Assembly: GCA_905178155.1 (NCBI GenBank)
Contig: CAJINV010000001.1
Location: 10,321,432-10,385,431, forward strand
Direction of reading: 5' to 3'
DNA length: 64,000 nt
DNA from: Amoebophrya sp. A120
Lineage: Eukaryota; Protista; Dinoflagellata
Part shown: one piece after another, positions 32,872-43,800 of the stretch
Position numbering within the stretch: the first letter of the stretch is position 1
Layout: each line of letters starts with the position of its first letter
Position numbers and translations under genes: made by a program
The notes under the pieces: generated by a model
Told to the model about the DNA's origin: nothing
The model's database searches: none
What the model saw: the letters and a program-made list of their open reading frames with translations, nothing else

Positions 32872-34527
32872 ATGAAGGTCAAGCTGCGGTCACTGATTCT
32901 CGGCACTGCTTTTCTTGAGTGCGCGGTGTTGCTACTCTTATTTCTTGCAGGTCGCCAGTATTGGCTTTACAGCGAAGAAGCCGTCCGGGAAGCAAATGTG
33001 GAGAACCCGCTGTTTGTGACTGCCGAGCACTTCTATCCAGAGTATTGGCGAAACAACGCGACGCAAGGCGCTCGGCTCGGGGCCATCGAGGACCTTCTGC
33101 ACGCGGGGGTCCAAGCGTTTCGGCAGTTGGGCTTGCCAGTTTTTTTGGAAAGCGCGAACTTGATTGGGCACGCGCGGCATGGCAGGCAGATGGTTCCGTG
33201 GGACACGGACGGGGACCTCGGTTTTCTGGAGTCAGATTGTCGAAAAGTCGAGAGAAGCGACGGCGCCCCAAAGGGTTCTTCCTTAGTGGAGCGTCTCAAC
33301 CAAGCCCTTGCCAATGTGGACGTGGTGTCGCAACAAGAAGACCTCGGGAAAATACAAAGAAAAAAAGGCAAAAGTAAACGACAGAAAAAGGCCGCGCCGT
33401 CGCCATTCAAAGCGCTTTTCTTTGGGTGCCGTTGCGAGGAAAATGGACTGCCCAAGGGTAGCTGTGAGGGAGTTGAGAAGCGCGTAGCTGGCAGGCTCGT
33501 GCACACAGGTTCCGGCACTGTCGTCGACGTTTTCGGCTACGCACTGGTGAAGAAAATGAAGAGACGCGGCTGGCAGCGTCACTTGACGGCCCAAGAAGCT
33601 ACGACGATGTTTTCGGAGCGGTGGGGCTGGCGCGATCAGATAAAAACCTCTACTTGCGCATCTACTTCAACAGCAGGCTCTTGTTCGTTGAATACGACAC
33701 CTTCCTCTGCAAACGAGACCGGGACGGAAGAGGGAGCTGCAGTACTTCAAAATAACGGAAGTAGTGACCACTCGGTCCTTCTCGATAAGTGGTACGAGCG
33801 TGTCGGGGATACGCACAGTGATTTCACTTTCCCGGTATCGTCTCTTCTGCCGCTGCGATCGGACGTTTTTGGTACGAAACAGTTTCCCGTGCAGGTTCCC
33901 AATCGTCCAGCCGAGTGGCTTAGCTGGGAATACGGACCATGCGTGCTCCTGGGGCCGCATATGTGGCCCTGGGATCTGCTGCTGAACGTGACCTTCCCTG
34001 CCGGAAGTTTTATCTCTGTCGCCGGAATCGCTCTTGCTCTCGGCTTCCTGGGGCTGATAGCCGCGAGACTCGTGCACCTCGAGGAGGAGGCGGGACTATC
34101 AAAAACACAGTCTTCATCACAAGCTTCCCCGGCTATCGCACAACTATCGGTCTCAGCAAGATCGTGGTCGGCTTTTTTGGTTGGCGACGTGTGTCCAAAG
34201 ATACTCGCTGCGTATTTGTTCGACAATGGAATCGCTGTCGTCGCGGCCTTGTGTCTTGCTGGAGTGGCATTAGTCGTCCTTCCAAGCATTCTGCTGTTCT
34301 CCTACGGAAAACACGAGCTGCGAGGTTCTAGTGCAGCGCGATCAATGCTCAAACTGGCCTCGCCCGTTCTCGTAGGTGGCAACACAGCACTTTTACTGCT
34401 AGCTGCCTTCCAGCTTCGATCGGTGCAGCACCAGTTGGGATGTCACATCGAAGGACAATATTTCTCTCCGATGCGGCCAAAAACGTGGACACTCTGTTTA
34501 TTTGGTGTGTGCCGGGATTTTACTTAA
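32872..34527 (+). CDS. LicD/fukutin-family nucleotidyl-diphospho-ligand transferase, membrane-anchored
   Basis: FLESANLIGHARHGRQMVPWDTDGDLG matches the LicD consensus (GTLLGA.RH....PWD.D.D). Also VVDVFGY and FP..LLPL..F..VPNRPAEWLSWEYG. N-terminal TM follows ATG 32872 (alternative ATG 32737), and there are several C-terminal hydrophobic segments. Confidence 0.85.
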   Translation: MKVKLRSLILGTAFLECAVLLLLFLAGRQYWLYSEEAVREANVENPLFVTAEHFYPEYWRNNATQGARLGAIEDLLHAGVQAFRQLGLPVFLESANLIGHARHGRQMVPWDTDGDLGFLESDCRKVERSDGAPKGSSLVERLNQALANVDVVSQQEDLGKIQRKKGKSKRQKKAAPSPFKALFFGCRCEENGLPKGSCEGVEKRVAGRLVHTGSGTVVDVFGYALVKKMKRRGWQRHLTAQEATTMFSERWGWRDQIKTSTCASTSTAGSCSLNTTPSSANETGTEEGAAVLQNNGSSDHSVLLDKWYERVGDTHSDFTFPVSSLLPLRSDVFGTKQFPVQVPNRPAEWLSWEYGPCVLLGPHMWPWDLLLNVTFPAGSFISVAGIALALGFLGLIAARLVHLEEEAGLSKTQSSSQASPAIAQLSVSARSWSAFLVGDVCPKILAAYLFDNGIAVVAALCLAGVALVVLPSILLFSYGKHELRGSSAARSMLKLASPVLVGGNTALLLLAAFQLRSVQHQLGCHIEGQYFSPMRPKTWTLCLFGVCRDFT

Positions 34528-35329
34528 GGGTGAACAAGAACATAAAGCGGTCGGGAATGCGATTAGCACTACCTGGTGCCCCTAAGCTGCTGACATAAGT
34601 AATAAGAAGTGCGTGTGCGGTCGTGCAGATGAATCTAGCGAATCATGAACAGGTTCGGTTTTCACGACCTTGAAAGTAGCAATACGCTTTTTCGTCTATT
34701 CACTGTGGCGCTCTGTTAATTGAGTTTGAATCATGATGGTGTTGTTTTCTTCAGAAGGAAAAAAAAAGACGTTCAGCGGCTAGCTTTTGCGGCCTGCATG
34801 CAAAGAATTATTTTTTTCACAAAAGCGCTGAAGTGAGTCGTAAAAATCTCAAAAAGTTTTGAAATTCATTCCGAGTTATCTGATTGGAGATGAAAACAAA
34901 GCGATGAAAGGCAAGTATGATTGCGTGTGGTGCGTGTGAAAATGCAGTTGGAGTCGTTGTCGTTCTAGGTCTCTTTCACCATGTAAATGCAAATAATTAT
35001 GATAAATAGTAACAGAATTTAGCCTCCAAAGCGACATTGAGTTCAAACGTTGACCTTTACGAGAGAAAAGCAATGTTGATGGACAAGCGGCCGTGCACAA
35101 TTGACGTTTCCACCGTTTCGTCCGCGAAGCAAGTATCACGCTACCTAGCACCTGAACGACACGAAAGATATGAATATGTTCATCCTCTCTATCAAACGGG
35201 TTCCTAGGTGTATCCTGTCAAAATAGTAAAGTTGTCCAAAAGCAAATTAGAAAAAAAAGTCAATCTAGCAATAAAGAAGAACAGAATAAAGTTGAACTCG
35301 ACCTCTCGCCCCGTGAGGCACCGGCGACG

Positions 35330-38300
35330 ATGCAGGTCGAAAAGGCGAGCGGTAGCAAGCAGGTCTTCGACCGCGAGAAGATCGTCAAGCGACTGAGTGT
35401 CCTGACGTTTGGCCTGAATACCGACTATGTTTCGGTCCCGGAGGTGGTGGAAAAGGTCGAACAGGGGCTCTACGACAATGTCAAAACGGCCGACCTGGAC
35501 AATCTCATCGCGGAAACCTGTGCCTACATGAGTCAAAACCACCCGGATTACTCCTTCCTAGCCTCGCGAATCGCCATCACCAGGCTGCACAAATCCACAC
35601 CAGAAAAGTATTATTTGATGCAGTAGAAGATGTGTTTCTGTTTGCTAGGTAGAGTTGATGTGTTGCACATGATTAACCAACATGTGGTCTGTATGTTGTC
35701 AGTGGTGAGTACGATGTCCGGAGGTCTGCGGGCAATGTTGCAAAACCATGATGAAAGTGAAACTTTTTTGTAAGGTACACCGACGTGGTGGAGGCATTGT
35801 ACCATTGGACGGACCCAAACGGTAAGGATTGCGCACTGCTCAGCGAAGAGTTCTACAATGTGGTGCAGGAACACGCAGACAAAATACAGGCCACCTTCGA
35901 CTACACGCAGGATTACAATTACGACTTCTTTGGCTTCAAAACGCTGGAAAAAGCGTACCTGCTCAGGGTACTGCCAGCGTCAACATCTTGATGCACCCTA
36001 CTCGTCTAGAAAAGGTGATGAACAAAATCACGCGCGAATAAAAAGGACCAACTTTTATTTGCAATTTGGAATGTCACTTTCTTTATTGCTCACGTGCCGA
36101 TCGGCTTCTTTACAACGTCGCTACCCAGGTAAGAGGAAAAATTGTGGAGCGACCGCAGCACATGCTGATGCGATGTGCCATTGGTATCCATTTCGGCGAC
36201 ATTGAGCGAGCACTGGAAACCTACAAACTGCTTTCCCAGAGGTACTTCACGCACGCCACACCAACACTGTACAACGCCGGCACAAAGTTGAACCAGATGA
36301 GCAGTTGCTTTCTCCTCTCGATGGCGGGGGACTCCATCGAGGGGATTTTCGAAACCTTAAAGCGCACCGCACTCATCAGCAAGAGCGCCGGGGGCATCGG
36401 CGTAGCGATATCCAACATCCGCGCGTCGGGTAGTTACATCCGCGGTACTAACGGCTACAGCAATGGTCTGGTGCCAATGCTGCGCGTCTTCAACGATGCC
36501 GCCAGATACGTCGATCAAGGTAGAAGTCCCTCTTGTGTTTTTGAGCTGTTCAATCTACTTGTCGAGGCATTTTATTGTTCTTCGTCTCTCTTCCCTGAAC
36601 TGCAGCTTGAGCTTTGCAATCATGTCCTGTCGGGCTACCTTCCCAAGACAAGGTTTCGGATGATCATTGTATCTTGTTCAACTTCAAATAACAAAGGTGG
36701 CGGTCGACGGAAAGGAAGTTTCGCCATGTATCTGGAGCCCTGGCACGCAGACGTTTTTGACTTCCTCGAGCTCAGAAAGAACCACGGCAAGGAGGAAATG
36801 CGAGCGCGGGATTTGTTCTACGCCCTCTGGATACCAGATCTGTTCATGAAGCGCGTCATGGCCGGTGGTGACTGGACGCTATTTTGCCCGGACGAAGCAG
36901 TATATGATTCCTCCTTCTGCCTCTGCGTAGCACCCTTGTTTTTTTCTGTCTTCGTTCCTGCGTTTCTGTTCCTGCAATGGAAATAGTATACGCGTGATTT
37001 TTCCAGAGATTTATTGTGGTCATGATGCAACCCTTACCCTCTCGTCCAAGAAGAGGAAGATTTTCAACAACGATGATACATGCAATTCCATTTCCATACA
37101 GGTGGGGACGGGGCCCGACGGCAAAGTGCTCACGCTGCAAGACGCCTATGGCGAGGAGTTTGAAGAGCTGTACGAGAAGCTTGAGAAGGAAGGAAAAGGG
37201 AGAAAGACGGTGAAGGCCCAGTCGCTGTGGTTCAAGGTCTTGGAGAGTCAGATGGAAACCGGAACTCCCTACATGTGCTACAAGGACGCTGCAAACAAAA
37301 AAAGCAACCAGAAGAACGTCGGTACCACTAGTACCAGCGCACTTCTACGCTGACCCATTTTGAGGTTTGTTCAATCGTCTGAAGCGAGAATTCCATGCGG
37401 CTCAAAATTTGAGCCCGACGGAGTTCGTGACAAAATCATTTTTAGACAAAATATTTCTACACAACTAGGACAAGTTGCAACTAGTTGCAGGCCATAATAA
37501 AATTACGCAACTACATCAAAAACAGGTACGATCCGGTGTTCAAACTTGTGCACCGAAATCATGGAGTTTACCAGCCCAGACGAGGTAGCGGTGTGCAACC
37601 TGGCGTCCATCGCATTGCCCCGTTTCGTGGACGACAAGACGAAACAATTCGACTTCGATTTGCTGTACAATTTGCGTTTTTCTTGATAAGCAATTCATTG
37701 CGGCACCCTCGGTGGCATCGCAATCGCATGATTCTGCTCAGCATGAGTAAGCATCTCCTATAGGTACAGCTGCAACTCCGGAAGAGCACCTTCTGCACCC
37801 CAAACTCTCTTCATTTTCGTTTCCAGGTATGATATCACGAAGGTGATCACAAGGAATCTGAATCGCGTCATCGACCGTAACTACTACCCCGTGGAGCAAG
37901 CGCGAAGAAGTAACATGAAGCACCGACCAATCGGTCTGGGTGTGCAGGGGTTGGCAGACGTGTTTATGAAGATGAAGATGCCCTTCGAATCTCCCGCGGC
38001 GGGAGTGTTGAACAAGCAAATCTTCGAAACTATTTACTTCGCCGCGTGCAAGCAGAGTATGGAACTCGCCAAGGAAGAGGGGTGGTATGAGACCTTCCCA
38101 GGTAAGTATCTAGTAACTCTAAGTGCGATTATGTCATGTACTTGCAAGTTTTGTGTTTGTCTTTGTCACTGGTCTTGTCTTATCAAATGATGCGCCATCA
38201 AGTTAAGGACCTCTGACGTCAGAGTTGTGCGACCGTGAAAGAATGTGCTGCATGCCTCTTGCTAGCATTTTTACGTACAACCAGGCCATGCAAAACCACT

Positions 38301-39121
38301 GTGAACAAGGTTCCCCCGCTAGCGAGGGGCTTTTGCAGCCGGATTTGTGGGGCGTGAAGCCCGAAAACGGACTGAAGTGGGACTGGGACGAACTGCGCGC
38401 AGAGGTGAAGCAGCATGGTCTGCGGAACAGTTTGCTGCTCGCGCCGATGCCCACGGCGTCCACCGCCCAGATCTTGGGGAACAACGAATCCATCGAGCCG
38501 TACACGCAGAACATCTACGTGCGCAGGGTGTTGTCCGGTGAGTTTGTAGCCATCAACCGCCACCTGCTCAACGACTTGGTCGAACGGAAGCTGTGGAACG
38601 AAGAACTGAAACAGACGCTCATCGCCCACAACGGGTCACTGGCACAAATGGGCGACGTGCCCTCCGATCTGAAGGAACTGTACAAGCGACTATCCTGCAT
38701 TTCTAATCTTGTTCCTACGTTGTGTGTACTTCGTTCTCCAGTTCTGTAGTTTCAGATCATGATTATATCCGAATCCGAGCAATTGGAATTGCAAAAATGC
38801 GAAAATTCCAGATACAAGACGGTGTGGGAGATCAAGCAGAAACGCGTGATCGAGATGGCGGCCGACCGAGGTGCGTACATCGATCAGTCGCAGAGTTTGA
38901 ACATCCACATGACCGACTGCACGCAGCAAAAGTTGTCCTCCATGCATTTCTACGGCTGGAAGCTCGGGCTCAAGACCGGTCAGTACTACTTGCGAACGAA
39001 GGCGGCTGTGGAGGCAATCAAGTTTACGGTCGACGCCGCTTCCCTGCAGAAGAAGACCGAGGAGATCGCAAAAGAGCAGGCCGAGAAGAGCAAATACGAG
39101 TGCGTTGGTTGTGGATCCTAA
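35330..39121 (+). CDS. RRM1: Ribonucleoside-diphosphate reductase class Ia large subunit, 9 exons, 792 aa
   Basis: Exons 35330-35607, 35775-35967, 36129-36519, 36697-36899, 37102-37321, 37526-37664, 37827-38101, 38310-38679 and 38812-39121 total 2379 nt. Motifs: [58 protein letters not shown] and the C-terminal CVGCGS. Confidence 0.97.
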
Positions 39122-40801
39122 GCGATCCGCGGTTTTTGAAGAGGGCGCCACCAATACATGTGCACAATCTCATCATATCCAGACTACTTGCTTATCGAAG
39201 AAATGTATCAAAATCAATAGCGAAAGCACATCTTCCAAAATTTACTATACCAGAATACAGATGATTCAGCAAACTAGGAGATCGAGTGCCACTCGACACA
39301 ACAGCAGAATGTAACTGTACAGCTACAGTACGGAATGTACCGAACCAGGGATAGTACAACCTGCTCCTTTCGCGTCACATTTTTTGTTTTTTTCTCCGCG
39401 GATGTGGTGTCGGCCTATTCGCAGACGCAGGTGTTTACTTCTTCATATTGTTGTAGGAGAGTTACAACTTATTGCAGAGTTACTAGAGGAATTTCTGTGC
39501 TACTTACCGGTGAGCTGCAGGGCGCTGCTTTTGCAGTCGCTTTGCTGAGAGCAAGGCCAGCTAGACTTTTACTTCGTTTTTTACAAGCTTGTCACAAGTT
39601 CAGCCGATGCTGACACAGAAATTCAAATTTTACAATTGCCACGATTCAACATTCTATCTTGAGCCTACCAGAGGCAGATCTGATATATGATGCAGAATCT
39701 GAGCGCAAAAAGTTTTGGAAAAGTCCGCCCAACCCCGGATTTACACCATCCTTTAAGTGGAGACGTGATTGACCGCAAATGCTAACGTCATGCACCGATG
39801 ATCTTCTCAAGGGCTCATTGCAACAGCACTTGCTGCAGGGCTTCTACGACAAAAACAATTGCGAATTTTGTCTAGTGCCACTCTGATCTTGCGTACTGTT
39901 TTTAGTCATCATCCTGACATCGCTTTTGCCTTTGCTACAGCTGCTATGACGTTTCGGCTTTATTTCGGCTATAAGCACTGATAGTGAGTTCAACCATAAC
40001 TGGAAGATTTACAATTTTTGTGAAGATTATCTGTCAAGAGTCAGAGTCAATTTTTGTTTATGACGAATTTCAACAAACTACGAACGCCTTATTTTTTTAC
40101 GACCAGCAACCTCGATGGACATCTTCATCACTGAACAATAAAACGCCCCCGTGTGCAGCGTCGCTGCGACGAGATTCGACTTTTTTGCTTTCTCTTATGA
40201 GATGCTCAACAAATGAAACCAAACAACAGCAGCACACCTGTTGCCGCAAAGATTACCACCGCCGGTGGTGGCGGGGACAGTACGACCCAGCACGTGAGCA
40301 GTGGAAACGTGGTTCTTGTCGGGTCACGGTCAGGGTCGGTGTGCCGTCCATGTAGCGGCACCAATAGATCTTCTGTCGCAGGCCAACTGGTCGTGCAATG
40401 ATCCGGACACAATCAGAATCTTGACCCCTATGACAGGATCATGTGAGCACCGCTCCTCCTCCTGGTCTAGGAATTATAGCGTTCTTGAGACGAAGGCTTT
40501 GATAGTGGGAAATACGTCCTGAACAAGTAGTAAAGTACCAGTAGCAGGTCAACCGGCCTCCATGTTGACCATGATTTGCGAGGGAGAACAAATGAAACGA
40601 ATGCAAAAATAGTAATGATGGACGCCAGCTGCTTGTTCTGATGGTTTGCGTCTTCGCACCATAATTTCAACTTGCTGGAGCAGATGAAGCACCCTTCCAC
40701 CAACCAACTTCCAGTTCCAGTTTTCGACAACTCAAGAAGCACCAGATCAATAAAGACGGTCGAGAACAAATAGTTACCGCCACGCCCACCATCTCGTCAT
40801 T

Positions 40802-43800
40802 ATGCAGAAGCAGCGGCGCCTGCAGCAGTTTCGGCGGCTGTTCCAGGAGCCCGATGTGGAAAATTTTGTGGAAAAGGCCCTCGATTTATCCAGGAAAAAA
40901 CACCCACCCCCATCCATTTTTTGCATGACAAACAAAGGAGTTTATGCATGTTTTGCATGACAAATTGGATGGGGATGGGTGTTTTTTCCTGGATACGATT
41001 TCGACGGCGATGCGTTCCAGATCAGCTTGCTACTGGAAGAGGCGAAGTCGCGGCTGCAGCGGGTGCACGACGTGCTGTGTGCCGATGCTCCGATTACCCT
41101 TGCGGACAAGGCAGCGAGCATATTGGCGCGAAGACGGCGGGAGCTCATTTCATCAACGTCCGGAGCAACATCCAAGAAGAGCTCGGAAGTAGATGATACC
41201 GGCGCAACTACGCAGAGGCAAAAAAAGCAACCAGAAGAGGATGACGGGTGGGATTTTGATGACGAGAACGATGACGATTTTGCACCCACAATTGCCGCCA
41301 CTGGCGCAGGAGAGAAGAAGCCTCCTGCGACGGGAGAAGCATCAAAAGCCAAACGCACTGAAGAGGAGCCAGACGAACTCGCGGAATTGTACGCAAAAGT
41401 GCTGGATCAGCTACAGCGCTTCGAGCTTTTCAAGCAGATCCACCCCTCCACTGCCGGCGGAGCTTCATCCTCTTCGTCTTCCAGCTCAGTGCCGCTTGTT
41501 CCCGTCAGCCAGAAGGCTGAGGCCGCTTCCGAATGGTATTAGCATTGTTTTGCTACTTCTACTAGTCTGTTTTGTTTTACACGAATTTTAGGTGCTAATA
41601 AACAAAGATGAAGTTGATGTTGAAGATTGTGGTGCTAGTAGTGGTCGACGAAAGTGTCAAAATCCACTTCTTCGTATCGTTTTTAGACAAACCTCATTTC
41701 CACCTTTCCAGGTCTTCGAAGTGGTTGAGCTGGCCGGAGCTGCGTCTCCTTCACGAGAACGCGCTCGCGGAGCGACTCGCGCAGTTTTCCTGCGTCAGTG
41801 TCCTGCAAAAACACCCAGAATTGCTTCAGTTTCTGCAGCCAGAGCGTCTTCAAGCCCTCTGCGCATTAACTGCCGCTCCGTCGATATGGGAGCCCCTGTT
41901 GGTCAACGTTCTACCGCAGCGGCAGGGGCGAGAAGCGCTCTCTTTCTTTCTCATCCGCGGCGTACGAATGTTGGAGGCGCGTTTGTTCCACCGGGGGACG
42001 CAGTGGATCCGGTACGGTCTGGTTTTTGCCAAAGATAAAGATTTTTACTGACGAGTTCTATTCTTTGCCGTATTTTCAACAAGCTAATATCATAATTTTC
42101 TGCTTGGTCAAGGTGACACATGATATAATCTGTTGTACGATGTCTACTCACAGCCTCGGCATCCAGCACGCGTCCGGTTTGTCCGCCGCCGATGCTTCTA
42201 GCGACACCGCATTTGCCAACGAGCTTGCGGCACTCGCTCCGGGAGCATATCAAGACGAATGGGGTGACGATTTCGACTTTGAGGACGATGATCATATCGC
42301 TGTCAAAGCTGGGGATCAGAAATCCCCGTCGAAAACAAGCGGGAAAACAATCAACAGGAGAAATTTCGACCAGCCGTTGATCTCCGGCGGAGCTAGTACT
42401 CATGCAGAAATGGTAGAGGGGGCCCTGCCCCTTCTGCCCACGTCGGCCTCCCTCGGTTTGGAGATGCTATACCGCCTCCACGAGCTCGCGATTCTCTACA
42501 CAGACTATGTGACAACAGCGGGAGGAAGCCTCGCGTTTCCTGGCTCATCGCGAAGCTGCTACACTTTCCGAGAGTACGCTTGCTTAGCCGAGTCCGAGCG
42601 TGTTTTGCTTAGTTTTCAGGCCGGTAGGAACCCAGACCACGACGTGGGTGGGAATAACCAGGCCAATTATCTTGACGAATTGCAAGATGGGGCTTCGCAA
42701 CGGTACGCGCACGCCCTCGGACCACTAGCAAAAAGCAAAGTACAACCTGGGCGGGATGCGACGGCCAGCAGAAAATTTCTCGTGGATGACGCTGGAAAGG
42801 CCAAAATGCATCAGCCTGCATCTTCTCCGAGCGCCAGTTCTCTCGTCGAGCCCAGGGTGCTCACGGAGGACGCATTTCTGGAATACTGCCGCCGTATCTT
42901 AACGCTCCCGAAATACCTGGAAAGAGTTTCTGGAAGCCGGGCAAAGCATGCAGACGATGCGTATTTTGAGGAACTAGTTTTTCCAACAACTAGTGCAAAA
43001 ATATCTTCTCCCGACAAAACGAAAGCAACAACGAAGCCGACGCTTTTGTCCGCAGCGCTCCGATTGGACTACGATGTTGAAGCGAGGGAGCAGCATTTGG
43101 TCGAAGCGTTAATTGCGCGCGCCGCGCAAACCGATCGCGGTTCGCTCCAGACAATGCGAAACCTCACCGCGTTGGTGAAAGCGTCGTCTCTCGCCCGCCC
43201 GATCCAGGACCGCGTGATTAAGGGAGCACTAAATTTGATGAAGCTCTCCCTGGACGCCATCTACTGCACCAAGTGTCCCGCTTCCTTGATCCTGGTGCTG
43301 GTGGACCAGATTTATTCGCAGATCCCCGATCCGCGAAAAATCCAGATGAACCCCGCCCAGCAGCAGGATTCGGAACAGTTGCACAGCCTCGCGGACCTCA
43401 CAGAGCAACACCTGAACTTTGTGGAGCACGTTCTGCAGCGGTACCGCATACCGTTGAATCTGTCTTTTTCCGAGTTGCGCACCTGCCAAACCGACGCCAG
43501 CTTGTGCGAGCACAGTTTGTTCCTGCTTTTCCGCGCCCTCACCTCCGAATACCGCGACGCGCAGTTCTGGGGGTCCGTTTCTGCATTGTACTGGGAAAAC
43601 TCCGCCGTCTTCCTCGCGTTGAAGCCAAAGCGGAAATTTGAGCTGCTTTTAACCGCCCTGGTTGACCAGGGGCATTTGGAACTCTTGCCCGAGGTGTGGC
43701 ACCGGTGGAGCACTGTCGTCAATCTCGACGACTACCGCGACATCCTGCTGAATCTAGCAGCAGACTACTTGCAACAAGCCCACGGGTTGAAAACCGCCGA

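Noticed and set aside
37399-37415. GGCTCAA as a relic of the dinoflagellate spliced leader
   Set aside because: Only a 7-nt match, inside an intron palindrome. I saw no extended SL match in the window.
35330-39121. Fragmented RNR as a pseudogene, a viral gene, or an intein/group I intron host
   Set aside because: Eight short GT-AG introns give a complete 792-aa eukaryotic-type protein with catalytic motifs intact. The inserts encode no homing endonuclease or intein motifs.
39720-39800. tRNA-like look on the minus strand (GGTGTAAATCC resembling a T-loop)
   Set aside because: I could not form an acceptor stem or cloverleaf, and there is no TTC motif.
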